Shown here in pieces: positions 50,084-59,999 of a DNA stretch of 64,000 bases (the stretch's first letter is position 1; each line of letters opens with the position of its first letter). A program made the translations under genes and the position numbers. Location: IMG/VR virus record IMGVR_UViG_3300011337_000669, one strand, 5' to 3'. This DNA comes from a virus (taxonomy: Duplodnaviria > Caudoviricetes). The notes under the pieces were generated by a model. The model was not told where the DNA came from and made no database searches. It saw only the letters and a program-made list of their open reading frames with translations.

Positions 50084-53000
50084 TTATACCCCGTAAAGAT
50101 ATTTGGTGGCCAAATAATTATCCCTAATTTGTGCTGTTGATAGTAATGATTTATAAACAAATACGCTTCCAAATCTACCACTGAAATACTCAGAATTTTG
50201 ACTAAAAAATTCGTCTCTAGTAACTCCAAGAGTAAACGCGGTACCAGAAAGACCTCCGGCATTGGTTATTTCAGGACTAAAAAAACTGTATGTTGAAATT
50301 AAAGTACCGTTCTTATACATAGAAGAGGTATTAATATCCATCGTAATAGTTACCATTTGCCAAGTGTCGGCGCTATATGCAAGAGAGAAGGTTTGGGTGT
50401 TGGACTGACTAGGAGAGCTACTTTGGTATATTGTCTGACCACCATTTGATAGGTAAGTAGTTCTATATTTAAGATATTCATACTTACTCATAATAGTATA
50501 ATTTGCAGAACTGGTATTTGAAGGACGCACCCATGCCATTATCGTCAACGGTACTTCAAAGCTAAAACCATCAGTATAGTTATCTACCTTGAAATATTGA
50601 GTAAACCCATCAAGAGTGAAACCAGAATTTGCAGTGTATGTTGGTCCACCAACTATTGTAGCATTATTACCGTTTCCTGATTGGTCCGCCCACACATTTC
50701 CAACAGGTGCAACCGCACTATTCAAATATAAATCGTAGCCTGGCTCTATCTGAGGTATAATTGTTGGTGTTGGTGTTGATGTTCTGGTAGGTGTTGGAGT
50801 TCGTGTTGCTGTTATGGTAGGTGTTGGAGTTCGTGTTTGAGTTGCCGTTGGGGTTAATCCAACAGTTACTGTTGGAGTTTGGGTTTGAGTTGGTGTATTT
50901 GTTGGAGTTTGTGTTGGAGTTTGTGTTCTTGTGTTAGTCGGAGTAGAAGTTTGTGTTCTTGTGTTAGTTGGAGTGGCAGTATTTGACGCAGTATTTGACG
51001 CAGTATTTGTTGGGGTTTGAGTTGGGGTTTTAGTTTGAGTATTTGTTGGTGTGGAAGTGTTTGATGTTGTATTAGTTGGTGTTTGAGTAGGTGTTTCACT
51101 TGCAGTTTGTGTTGGAGTTACTGTATTAGTTGGTGTTTGAGTTTGAGTTGGAGTCTCAGTATTAGTTGGTGTTACGGTATTAGTTGGAGTTTGAGTAGGT
51201 GTTTCACTTGCAGTTTGTGTTGGAGTTTCAGTTGGAGTAACTGTTGGTGTCTCTGTATTAGTTGGTGTTTGAGTTTGAGTTGGAGTCTCTGTATTAGTTG
51301 GTGTTACGGTATTAGTTGGAGTTTGAGTAGGTGTTTCACTTGCAGTTTGTGTTGGAGTTTCGGTATTAGTTGGTGTCGGAGTTTCAGTATTAGTTGGTGT
51401 CGGAGTTTCGGTATTAGTTGGTGTTACGGTATTTGTTGGAGTCTCTGTGTTAGTTGGTGTTACGGTATTAGTTGGTGTTACGGTATTTGTTGGAGTCTCT
51501 GTATTGGTTGGTGTTTGAGTAGGAGTTTCGCTAGCAGTTTGCGTAGGAGTTTCAGTATTAGTTGGTGTTTGAGTAGGTGTTTCACTTGCAGTTTGTGTCG
51601 GAGTTTCAGTATTAGTTGGTGTCGGAGTTTCAGTATTGGTCGGAGTTGGTGTTTCACTAGCGGTTTGAGTTGGAGTTTCTGTATTAGTTGGAGTTTGAGT
51701 TACAGTATTAGTTGGAGTTTGTGTTGGTGTTTCTGTATTAGTTGAAGTTTGAGTTTGAGTTTGAGTATTAGTTGGAGTTTGAGTTGGAGTTTCTGTATTA
51801 GTTGGAGTATTAGTTGGAGTTTCAGTAGGCGTTGGAGTTTGTGTTTCAGTCGCCGTTGGAGTTAATCCAACAGTTACTGAAGGAGTTGGAGTATTTGTTG
51901 GAGTTTTAGTAGGTGTTGGAGTTTGCGTTTCAGTTGCCGTTGGAGTTAATCCAACAGTTACTGAAGGAGTTGGAGTATTAGTTGGTGTTTGTGTATTAGT
52001 TGGAGTATTAGTTGGTGTTTGAGTATTGGTTGACGTTTGAGTTTGAGTTATAGTATTAGTTGGAGTATTTGTTGGAGTTTCAGTAGGCGTTGGAGTTTGT
52101 GTTTCAGTTGCTGTTGGAGTTAATCCAACAGTTACTGTTGGAGTTTGGGTTTGAGTTGGTGTATTTGTTGGTGTTTGTGTTTGTGTTTCAGTTGCCGTTG
52201 GAGTTAATCCAACAGTTACTGAAGGAGTTGGAGTTTGTGTTGGAGTCTGTGTTGGAGTTGGTGTTGCGTTAAATACAAATTCTGGTGTAAAATCAAATGT
52301 TGTTGTTTCAGAAGTCACATAACTGATATTTGTAAAACTTACGGTTTGATTTAGACTATCATAGTCTCCATTCTCAAAAGTTTGAGTAAATCCTGACAAT
52401 TCACCTGTAGGAATTACTACAGTTATAGGTATTGAAATTGTTCCTCCAGATGTTATGCCTAAAACCGCAGTAAAGCTAGTTGTAAAATCACTATCCATAA
52501 CTCTTTCAGATAATGCTGAGAATCCAGATCCAATAGAACCAGCGAAGAAATATCCTGTTAGGATAATATTATTGTTTCCCGCTGTTGGAGTTTGTGTTGG
52601 AGTTTGTGTTTGAGTTGCTGTATTAGTTGGGGTTTGTGTTTGAGTTGAAGTATTCGTTGGTGTAGGTGTTTGAGTTGGTAATACAGAACATAAACTAAAC
52701 GGACTAGTAACCTGACCATTAAAGTCAATCTCAACTAAAATACCTAAATAATTATAAAATCCCGTAATGTTACCAACATTTCCACCATTTGGCGTATCAA
52801 AGAAATGAGTGTTTTGGTCAAATTCTTGATTCTCACCGTATATAAGTACACTATATTGGTTATCACAGGCGTCGTACTGGCTTAATTCACTATAGAAACA
52901 ACTAAATTCATATAATATAACTCCTGAAGGTGTTACAGTTTGAGTTGGTGTTGCAGTTTGAGTTGGTGTAAGTGTTGGAGATTCGATAGGTGTTTCTGTA

Positions 53001-53317
53001 TTAGTAGGAGTATTGGTTGGAGTCTCCGTAGCAGTGCTAGTTGGAGTTTCAGTAGGTGTTGGTGTTGGAGAGGTTTCAGTAGGTGTTACCGTTGGAGTTG
53101 GTGTCGTAGTAGGTGTGGGACCTAGTACTACAACAGAATACATCGTAGCATAAGTAGGTACATAACAGTTGTAAGTTCCGAAATAATAATCCGAAATATA
53201 ATTAAATGGGAAAGTTTGTACCCCCAAATCTATTGTTCCACCAGATATTGGTAGATACGTTACGTTGGTTGTTAAACCACTCAAATTATCACTTAATATT
53301 CTTACACCTATTGCCAT
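50084..53317 (-). CDS. Mucin-like protein (1077 aa) with C-terminal LamG domain
   Basis: About 500 aa TP tract; [13 protein letters not shown]...TIMAWVRP...WQMVTIT...[25 protein letters not shown]. Confidence 0.85.
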   Translation of the reverse strand: MAIGVRILSDNLSGLTTNVTYLPISGGTIDLGVQTFPFNYISDYYFGTYNCYVPTYATMYSVVVLGPTPTTTPTPTVTPTETSPTPTPTETPTSTATETPTNTPTNTETPIESPTLTPTQTATPTQTVTPSGVILYEFSCFYSELSQYDACDNQYSVLIYGENQEFDQNTHFFDTPNGGNVGNITGFYNYLGILVEIDFNGQVTSPFSLCSVLPTQTPTPTNTSTQTQTPTNTATQTQTPTQTPTAGNNNIILTGYFFAGSIGSGFSALSERVMDSDFTTSFTAVLGITSGGTISIPITVVIPTGELSGFTQTFENGDYDSLNQTVSFTNISYVTSETTTFDFTPEFVFNATPTPTQTPTQTPTPSVTVGLTPTATETQTQTPTNTPTQTQTPTVTVGLTPTATETQTPTPTETPTNTPTNTITQTQTSTNTQTPTNTPTNTQTPTNTPTPSVTVGLTPTATETQTPTPTKTPTNTPTPSVTVGLTPTATETQTPTPTETPTNTPTNTETPTQTPTNTQTQTQTSTNTETPTQTPTNTVTQTPTNTETPTQTASETPTPTNTETPTPTNTETPTQTASETPTQTPTNTETPTQTASETPTQTPTNTETPTNTVTPTNTVTPTNTETPTNTVTPTNTETPTPTNTETPTPTNTETPTQTASETPTQTPTNTVTPTNTETPTQTQTPTNTETPTVTPTETPTQTASETPTQTPTNTVTPTNTETPTQTQTPTNTVTPTQTASETPTQTPTNTTSNTSTPTNTQTKTPTQTPTNTASNTASNTATPTNTRTQTSTPTNTRTQTPTQTPTNTPTQTQTPTVTVGLTPTATQTRTPTPTITATRTPTPTRTSTPTPTIIPQIEPGYDLYLNSAVAPVGNVWADQSGNGNNATIVGGPTYTANSGFTLDGFTQYFKVDNYTDGFSFEVPLTIMAWVRPSNTSSANYTIMSKYEYLKYRTTYLSNGGQTIYQSSSPSQSNTQTFSLAYSADTWQMVTITMDINTSSMYKNGTLISTYSFFSPEITNAGGLSGTAFTLGVTRDEFFSQNSEYFSGRFGSVFVYKSLLSTAQIRDNYLATKYLYGV

Positions 53318-53347
53318 ATCTATAAATACTCAAAAAAAATTATTCAT

Positions 53348-53911
53348 TTAACATACTCCAACATTTATTATTAATGTACCGCTTAACTGAACAAATTTTG
53401 CTCCGTCTGAAATTGTAAAATTAGCTCCGATTGGTGGGATCGTTAATTCTCTATTACCATAAACATTATCACCAACTTCTAAAATATCAAATGGTTTTGT
53501 TGTAAATATTTTTACATTTGCGGGATTTGCAAACGAATTAACTGATTGACAAACATTTTGATACCATCCACCAGTTCTTAAATTTCTTTCATAAACTGAT
53601 GACGGAGTAACTGATGGTGTCACAGTATTTGTTGGAGTTGGTGTTTGGGTTGTTGGTGTTGCGGATAAACTAACTGATGGAGTTATTGTAGGCGTAACCG
53701 TTGGAGTTGGTGTACTACTTGGACATAGCCCTATATTAGTTATACTTAACGGCCCACTGTAACTTTCTTGTATTAAATCTTCTGCACAAACAAACTCCGT
53801 GTTTAATGGTGTTATGGTTCCAACACTTACAACACTAGTACAACCTGTATATCGATAATATCCATCTTCAACACTATTGTAGTTTATTATTTGGTAATAG
53901 TTACATGCCAT
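53348..53911 (-). CDS. Short mucin-like protein with Cys-containing terminal modules
   Basis: MACNYYQIIN...[12 protein letters not shown]...CQS...VGVC. Confidence 0.75.
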   Translation of the reverse strand: MACNYYQIINYNSVEDGYYRYTGCTSVVSVGTITPLNTEFVCAEDLIQESYSGPLSITNIGLCPSSTPTPTVTPTITPSVSLSATPTTQTPTPTNTVTPSVTPSSVYERNLRTGGWYQNVCQSVNSFANPANVKIFTTKPFDILEVGDNVYGNRELTIPPIGANFTISDGAKFVQLSGTLIINVGVC

Positions 53912-55865
53912 ATATTAACTCATAAGTCAAATCATTATCAGGTATTAAAACATAATCCAAATCATTATCAGGTATTAATTCATAAGTTAAATCATTACTA
54001 GGTACAACAATCACACAATTAGGACAATCAGGATTCAACAATCCATATCTATTCTTTAGAATCTTAAAGTTGTGTTTTACCTGAGACGCATTCAATGGTT
54101 CAACATACATTCTAAACGCACTGACATCTCCAATCATACTACCACCAAAATATTCTTCTAACTTAATATGTGTGGTTAATCCCGAATATATTGTATTATC
54201 TAAATCATGAGTAGTCAAACACTCAGGGTCTTGTTGATATTCAATTTCATTAATAGTTTCAGGACATCCTCCTGAGAATGTTAAGTTGTCATGAAGACCT
54301 TGAGTACCTCCACCAATTGAAATATTATATCCAACACCAATTTGTTTTTCTTTTTGAACATCTAATAGTCTCGGAATAATCTCTTCAAAATTTTCGGCAA
54401 CCATAAACAACTTACCGTTAACAAATATTTTGAGAGCTCCTAATCTATATTTTTTCTCTTCAGTCCAATTATCATTAAAAGTTACAATTTCGGTTGTTGC
54501 CGGATCATAAGGTAATTCATGAGTCAGTGGAGGTTCAATTAAACTAACACTATTGTTTGCCGGTGTTGCAGTATAAATTGTATCAACAAGAAGACCAAGT
54601 CCTCCCTTTTCATAAAGGTCGCATGTATCCAACCACTGATTTCTTTGGAATACAGCGTCAATTTGAACCCAATGTTCTAAATTAATATACGGAGTATTCT
54701 TACATTCATCAAAAATACCTCTTGTTGAACACCATTCCGTTACGGAGGTTCCTGTCGCATAAGTCAATCCCGTCAAACAAGTACCACTTGTTTCACAACC
54801 TCCAGTTATTCTATATGTCTTGATACAAACTCTTGGGTTACCCGTGTCTCCACTCAATCGTATCGACAATCCATTAGATACACCATCATATAACGGGTCT
54901 TTTTCAGGGTATTGTGCGTTAACCTGGCATTCACAATTACATCCACACGAACAATTTTTTGATGTACCACCTGAAATCTGATATACTTCAAGGCAATCTG
55001 AAGAGGTATTGGCCGAACTAGCACATCCACAAGTATGCATACAAGTCAAACCTGAAGTTACTCTTGTATATCCTGTATCTTGTTTAGGTGACCCATCAGC
55101 ATAATGGTAGAATTTGTTTTCCGCTCTCGACCCCATATAAAAGAACGTACCTTTATTATTAGGGTATCGATTGTTCAGTCCGACACTTGTGTCTCCTGTC
55201 CATCGGTATCTTAACATAAACTCAGCAGTCCATCCTAACGGAACTCTCTGTGGAAAAATTTGGTAATCATATCCAGGTATTTTGTAAAACCCTTGAAAGA
55301 ATCCACCATTTAATCTGGCAAAGTATCCAACATCACCGCCATCAGTTGCATAGTTCAAATCGTAATTGTAAGAATCATCATTCCAAAGTCGATTTTGTGT
55401 GGTAGTAAATCCTGTGATAGGGTGAAGTTTCATTCTCCTATCGTACTTATACCTACTATATTTGTCGGAATTATTTATGTAAAGTCCTGTGGTTATTTGG
55501 ATTGTCTCCCCTGACATTTTTTTAACCAAACCATTATCAATACCTGTTAAACCAACATCACAAAGGTCAGTTACTTTAGGACAAAAGTTAGGGTCAATGT
55601 CATCTGGATTCCAATAATTTTCAGAAACAATAACATCATTATCAAAAGTACAAGAACCTGATTGGCATATCGTTGTTCCTGTACTATTGAAATCAAATCT
55701 GAATGGCATTCTATTTCCATCGACTTCACCTATTAATAATGGTGAAAAAATTACCTCTTGGTCATAGTCCTTCTCGTCTGAAGCCAAACAGATATCGGTA
55801 ATTTCATTGACGGGTTTAATACCCCAACGCCTAAAATTATACTGATTAATATTTTGATATGCCAT
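53901..55865 (-). CDS. Large Cys-rich LamG-like putative structural protein
   Basis: GWTAEFMLR, LKIFVNGKL, FGGSMIGDVSAFRMYVEPLNASQVKHNF; C-terminal 10-aa tandem repeat (NDLTYELIPD) x3. Confidence 0.6.
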   Translation of the reverse strand: MAYQNINQYNFRRWGIKPVNEITDICLASDEKDYDQEVIFSPLLIGEVDGNRMPFRFDFNSTGTTICQSGSCTFDNDVIVSENYWNPDDIDPNFCPKVTDLCDVGLTGIDNGLVKKMSGETIQITTGLYINNSDKYSRYKYDRRMKLHPITGFTTTQNRLWNDDSYNYDLNYATDGGDVGYFARLNGGFFQGFYKIPGYDYQIFPQRVPLGWTAEFMLRYRWTGDTSVGLNNRYPNNKGTFFYMGSRAENKFYHYADGSPKQDTGYTRVTSGLTCMHTCGCASSANTSSDCLEVYQISGGTSKNCSCGCNCECQVNAQYPEKDPLYDGVSNGLSIRLSGDTGNPRVCIKTYRITGGCETSGTCLTGLTYATGTSVTEWCSTRGIFDECKNTPYINLEHWVQIDAVFQRNQWLDTCDLYEKGGLGLLVDTIYTATPANNSVSLIEPPLTHELPYDPATTEIVTFNDNWTEEKKYRLGALKIFVNGKLFMVAENFEEIIPRLLDVQKEKQIGVGYNISIGGGTQGLHDNLTFSGGCPETINEIEYQQDPECLTTHDLDNTIYSGLTTHIKLEEYFGGSMIGDVSAFRMYVEPLNASQVKHNFKILKNRYGLLNPDCPNCVIVVPSNDLTYELIPDNDLDYVLIPDNDLTYELIYGM

Positions 55866-55874
55866 AAACTAATG

Positions 55875-55902
55875 ATAAATACCTTATGTCATAGTATTTA
55901 TA
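55875..55902. promoter_or_regulatory. Back-to-back TATTTAT promoter-like motifs at a divergent junction
   Basis: ATAAATA at 55875-55881 serves the minus-strand gene; TATTTATA at 55895-55902 serves the plus-strand gene. Confidence 0.55.
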
Positions 55903-55917
55903 GATAAAAAAAACGCT

Positions 55918-56739
55918 ATGATTCCTGTAGATACTGAATTTTTTTCATCACCATATTATTTCTTGATGAGAGACAAGGGAAATAAGTATTCGTTATATTT
56001 CTCTGTTGAGAATACTTTGACCGAAGCACGTAAAAAAGATGAGGTAATTCACTTCTCAAAAGAAAAAGGTGAAAAAGTAAAAAAACATTTGAAAAAAGTT
56101 GCAAAAGAGAAAAAAATCAAAGACACAAAAACTTTGAAGACCGACTTAGAGGAATTAGTGAATTCTGATGGAAGTATGTCAAATTCCAAAATTCCAATTT
56201 TGGACCCAAGATTACATCCAAGAAAAACTATGGACCAGACTGTTTCAGCGGCTCGTATCACAAACGACCCAATTTCTCGTGGTTATAGAACATACTACGG
56301 AGAAAGTGAAGTTAAGGAAATCGATATGTCAGGGGCATTTGGTTATGAGGAAACCAAAGATATGGATGGATGTGAAACTTACAAATATTTTGTAAAAGAA
56401 TTAGGAATGGAAAAAGATGAGGCTAAAGACCGAGTATCACAACAAGGTAAAGATTGGACGTGTAAAAAAGATGAAAAGTCAGAATATTCTGATGATCCAA
56501 ATTTTATAACAAGAGCAACACTATCTGAAATTCAAAAACAGAAGGCTATTAAGGTAGTTGAAGATATGTTGGCAAAAAAGAAAGATTCTAATTCTGCTGA
56601 CGTAGGTAAAAAAGATACTTCAAAAGATTTGGACAATTTATCTCCTGTGTTGAAAAAAAATCTTCAGTCTTTGATGAAACAAGCTGAAAAACACGGATTT
56701 TCTAAAAAAGACTTAATAAAAATAATTCAAGGTGAATAA
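55918..56739 (+). CDS. Hypothetical protein
   Basis: 273 aa ORF, Lys/Glu-rich, preceded by TATTTATA. Confidence 0.7.
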   Translation: MIPVDTEFFSSPYYFLMRDKGNKYSLYFSVENTLTEARKKDEVIHFSKEKGEKVKKHLKKVAKEKKIKDTKTLKTDLEELVNSDGSMSNSKIPILDPRLHPRKTMDQTVSAARITNDPISRGYRTYYGESEVKEIDMSGAFGYEETKDMDGCETYKYFVKELGMEKDEAKDRVSQQGKDWTCKKDEKSEYSDDPNFITRATLSEIQKQKAIKVVEDMLAKKKDSNSADVGKKDTSKDLDNLSPVLKKNLQSLMKQAEKHGFSKKDLIKIIQGE

Positions 56740-57208
56740 AGATTTATATAATTCGGCAAAAGGTGAAATTGAATTTCCATCTACCATGAGGGACCATATG
56801 AAAAAAAGTTTCCATATGGTAAAAGGTGCCGATGAAAATACTGAAGGATTTAACCGTAATCAAGAATTACAGGATAAAAATTTTATTGAATATAAACAAT
56901 TAAAAAGAATAAAAAACTTTTTTGACAATTTTATCGGAAATCAAAAAGAGCCTTCATTCATTTTGAATGGTGGTGTTGAAATGAAAAATTGGGTTAACAA
57001 TGAGTTAAGGAAAATGAGGGATTACACCAAAATGACCAAAACAAATAAAATGGATGCTGGAATGATGAATCAATTTATCAAACCTCATGAAAAAAAGAAT
57101 TTCAACAATGTTAGACCATCTCAACAACACGATAACACATTCAACAAACATGATGCGGCGGTAACTGAAAGTCTTAAAAGAATAAACGAAATAATGAAAC
57201 AATTATAA
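56732..57208 (+). CDS. Hypothetical protein
   Basis: 158 aa ORF overlapping the upstream gene. Confidence 0.7.
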   Translation: MNKDLYNSAKGEIEFPSTMRDHMKKSFHMVKGADENTEGFNRNQELQDKNFIEYKQLKRIKNFFDNFIGNQKEPSFILNGGVEMKNWVNNELRKMRDYTKMTKTNKMDAGMMNQFIKPHEKKNFNNVRPSQQHDNTFNKHDAAVTESLKRINEIMKQL

Positions 57209-57210
57209 TT

Positions 57211-57504
57211 ATGGGAAACGAACTCGCAATCGATTTATCTCAAGATATACCAAATGCATTGACAGCAATTGGTGATGTAGAAAGAGCAAAACTAATACCT
57301 AAAAATGATTTTAACGCAGTTGGTAACGAATACTCTGTGGTTAACAGAGACGCTGTCGCTGATGGTGATTCTATGGGTAGAGGTACTGGAGCATTTTTGG
57401 ACGTTTATAATGTTAACGCGGGAACTATTACTGACGTTGTTGAACGAAAAAATGAAATAAAAATTAACAAATTTAATTCATCAAAAACTTACCCTAACTT
57501 TTAA
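57211..57504 (+). CDS. Hypothetical protein
   Basis: 97 aa ORF in the same operon. Confidence 0.65.
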   Translation: MGNELAIDLSQDIPNALTAIGDVERAKLIPKNDFNAVGNEYSVVNRDAVADGDSMGRGTGAFLDVYNVNAGTITDVVERKNEIKINKFNSSKTYPNF

Positions 57505-57884
57505 TGAAATTACAAGAAACACTTAAAGGTTTAATTTGTGAAATCGCTTCTGTCGATAGCGTCGTTAACGCTATTAAAAATAAACAGAAAGTGGTTATCT
57601 ATTACGATGGTGATGAACCAGGTGGTAGAGGACTCAGAGAAATTGAACCTGTGTGTTTAGGTACAAGTAAAGCAGGAAATAAAGTTATGAGAGCGTGGGA
57701 TGAGGAAGGTTCATCTCACACAGCCTACAAAGGAGAACAGCCTTTACCGGGATGGAGACTTTTTAGATTAGATAAAATTCTATCGCTGAAACCAACTGGA
57801 GAAAATTTCACAGAAATGAAACCTAATTTCAATCCAAATGGTGACAAAAGCATGACTTCAATTATTATTATAGCAAAATTCTAA
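57504..57884 (+). CDS. Stand-alone WYL-domain protein
   Basis: VVIYY...REIEPVCLG...VMRAW...WRLFRLDKILSL. Confidence 0.8.
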   Translation: MKLQETLKGLICEIASVDSVVNAIKNKQKVVIYYDGDEPGGRGLREIEPVCLGTSKAGNKVMRAWDEEGSSHTAYKGEQPLPGWRLFRLDKILSLKPTGENFTEMKPNFNPNGDKSMTSIIIIAKF

Positions 57885-57886
57885 TT

Positions 57887-58525
57887 ATGGACCAATTAAT
57901 GCAAAAACTTATGATTTCTAAAGCCATCATGGATAAGACTGATGGTATCAAAAGAATCGATAATAGAGAAATGAACTCCCCATCAAATATGGTGGAATCA
58001 TTCAATATGCCACAAGCAAAATACAATATACCTCAAGAGTATCTTCAGGAACAACCATCGCAACAAATGAGTCAACCTTATTTATCATCTTTACCCGTTG
58101 AAAATACAAAGCCGGTTGGAGTACCTACAATAGATGCTATCAAAAATTCAAGACTTCCTGATGAGATTAAAAAACTTATGATGGAACACCCAATCTCACA
58201 ACCACAACAACAAACCGCAACCCTCTCTAATGATTTGATAGAAAGAGCTTCAAGATTAATGAAAGAAAACCCAAGTGGATATGTTCCAGAATCTGCGAAA
58301 CCAAAACAACAAACTCAGGTATCACAACAAACTCAGGTGTCACAACCAACAGGAAATATTGACTATAAGGTTTTACAGAAAATGATTAATGAAGCAGTTA
58401 ACAATGCACTAAAAGAAAATGGATTGTTAGTAGAATCGACCGACAAAACGAATGAGTTATTTAGTTTCAAAGTTGGTAAACACATATTTGAAGGTAAAGT
58501 AACAAAGATTAAAAAATTATCTTAA
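57887..58525 (+). CDS. Hypothetical Gln/Pro-rich protein
   Basis: 212 aa ORF. Confidence 0.65.
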   Translation: MDQLMQKLMISKAIMDKTDGIKRIDNREMNSPSNMVESFNMPQAKYNIPQEYLQEQPSQQMSQPYLSSLPVENTKPVGVPTIDAIKNSRLPDEIKKLMMEHPISQPQQQTATLSNDLIERASRLMKENPSGYVPESAKPKQQTQVSQQTQVSQPTGNIDYKVLQKMINEAVNNALKENGLLVESTDKTNELFSFKVGKHIFEGKVTKIKKLS

Positions 58526-58532
58526 CTAATTA

Positions 58533-58559
58533 GACCCACAATAAAATGTGGGTTTTTTT
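58533..58559 (+). terminator. Intrinsic terminator
   Basis: GACCCACA-ATAAAA-TGTGGGTT followed by a T tract. Confidence 0.8.
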
Positions 58560-58570
58560 CTGATATTTAG

Positions 58571-58792
58571 TCCCCTTTTGATGACTATTGGCATTGTAAT
58601 CCAAACAAATATAATCCCGATTATATACATCCTCATAAAAAAAAGACATCATTTCAAATATGGAGTGAGGATAAAATTAGAATTGACAACATTATAAAAT
58701 ATAATTATAATTTGGAAGTGGTATGGGAATCAAATTTTGACGAAAAAACCACAATTCAAAATATAATTAAAAAATATGAAACAAAAAATTAA
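58571..58792 (+). pseudogene. 5'-truncated DUF559/Vsr-like homing endonuclease remnant
   Basis: Open frame without a usable 5' start: FDDYWHCNPNKY...IWSEDKIRIDNIIKYNYNLEVVWES..., homologous to the DGDFYHCNP...LIRYWE end of 13837-14745. Confidence 0.75.
58683..58711 (+). promoter_or_regulatory. Perfect sigma70-type promoter consensus
   Basis: TTGACA (58683-58688), 17-nt spacer, TATAAT (58706-58711); 65 nt upstream of the GT start at 58776. Confidence 0.6.
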
Positions 58793-59999
58793 TGTTGTTG
58801 TAATCCCCAGTGACAAAAGTGGAGTCGGGAAATTTAGATCGGTTGACCCCCACATTTTTCTCCAAAATCAATATTCCGATGAATTCCACGTAGATATTGT
58901 CTATGAACCTCCATATGACGATGTCAATTTTTGGACTCAATATCAAATAGTTGCATATCATAGAAGTATCGGACCCGATTTTGATAGAGCAAACAGATTA
59001 ATCCAAATGTTAAACTCTTTGGGAGTTGTTACCGTTTGCGATATTGACGATTATTGGATGCCAGGTAAAGAGCACCCTATTCACGATATTATTCGAGTTA
59101 ATAAAATTAACGAAAAGATTGTTGCGAACCTTAAGGTTTCTAAATTTGTAACAACGACTACTGAAATATTCGCTGACGAAATTCGTAAGTACAATAAAAA
59201 CGTTATTGTGTTTCCAAATGCCATCAATCCAAATGAGGCTCAATTCAAAGAAAAAACTGAAGAATCAGACAAAGTTAGAATTGGGTGGTTAGGTGGTTCA
59301 TCTCACTTACACGATATTCAACTGTTAGATTCAGGGTTCTCCAAAATATTACATCTCAAAGATAAAGTACAATATGTATTGTGTGGATTTGACACTAGAG
59401 GAACTGTGACTGAAATCAACGCACAAACAGGTGAACAAACAAAAAGAAATATTTTGCCAGCAGAGACTGTATGGGCAAGATATGAAGAAATTTTTACACA
59501 AAATTATAAAATAGTTTCCGAGGGATACAAAAACCATTTATTAAAATATAGTCAAGAAGAGTACGTTAGTGACAAAAATGAATCATACTTGAGAGTTTGG
59601 ACTAAACCAGTTACAGGTTATGCCAAAAACTATTCAAAGTTTGACATTTCATTATCTCCAATCAAAAACACAATGTTTAATAGAATGAAATCACAACTCA
59701 AAGTAATTGAAGCTGGTTTCTATAAAAAAGCAATTATTGCATCCAATATTGGTCCTTATACTATTGATTTGAAACATTGTTTGGATAATGGGAATTTTGT
59801 TGACGGAAATGCTATTTTAGTTAATGAGGCTAGAAATCATGCGGATTGGGCAAAATTCATCGAAAAATTAGTTAAGAACCCAAATCTTATTAAAGATATG
59901 GGTGAAAGGTTATATGAAACAGTTAAAGACAAATATGACTTGAATAATGTAACGAATGATAGAAGACAATTTTATATAGATATTGCAAATAAATCATGA
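58776..59999 (+). CDS. GT-B (GT4-like) glycosyltransferase
   Basis: CDIDDYW, RIGWLGGSSHLHD, SLSPIKNTMFNRMKSQLKVIEAG. Confidence 0.85.
   Translation: MKQKINVVVIPSDKSGVGKFRSVDPHIFLQNQYSDEFHVDIVYEPPYDDVNFWTQYQIVAYHRSIGPDFDRANRLIQMLNSLGVVTVCDIDDYWMPGKEHPIHDIIRVNKINEKIVANLKVSKFVTTTTEIFADEIRKYNKNVIVFPNAINPNEAQFKEKTEESDKVRIGWLGGSSHLHDIQLLDSGFSKILHLKDKVQYVLCGFDTRGTVTEINAQTGEQTKRNILPAETVWARYEEIFTQNYKIVSEGYKNHLLKYSQEEYVSDKNESYLRVWTKPVTGYAKNYSKFDISLSPIKNTMFNRMKSQLKVIEAGFYKKAIIASNIGPYTIDLKHCLDNGNFVDGNAILVNEARNHADWAKFIEKLVKNPNLIKDMGERLYETVKDKYDLNNVTNDRRQFYIDIANKS

Noticed and set aside
42400-53100. Regular repeats as a CRISPR array or satellite DNA
   Set aside because: They are degenerate codon-level repeats of Thr/Pro peptides inside long ORFs, with no constant repeat/unique spacer structure and no cas genes.
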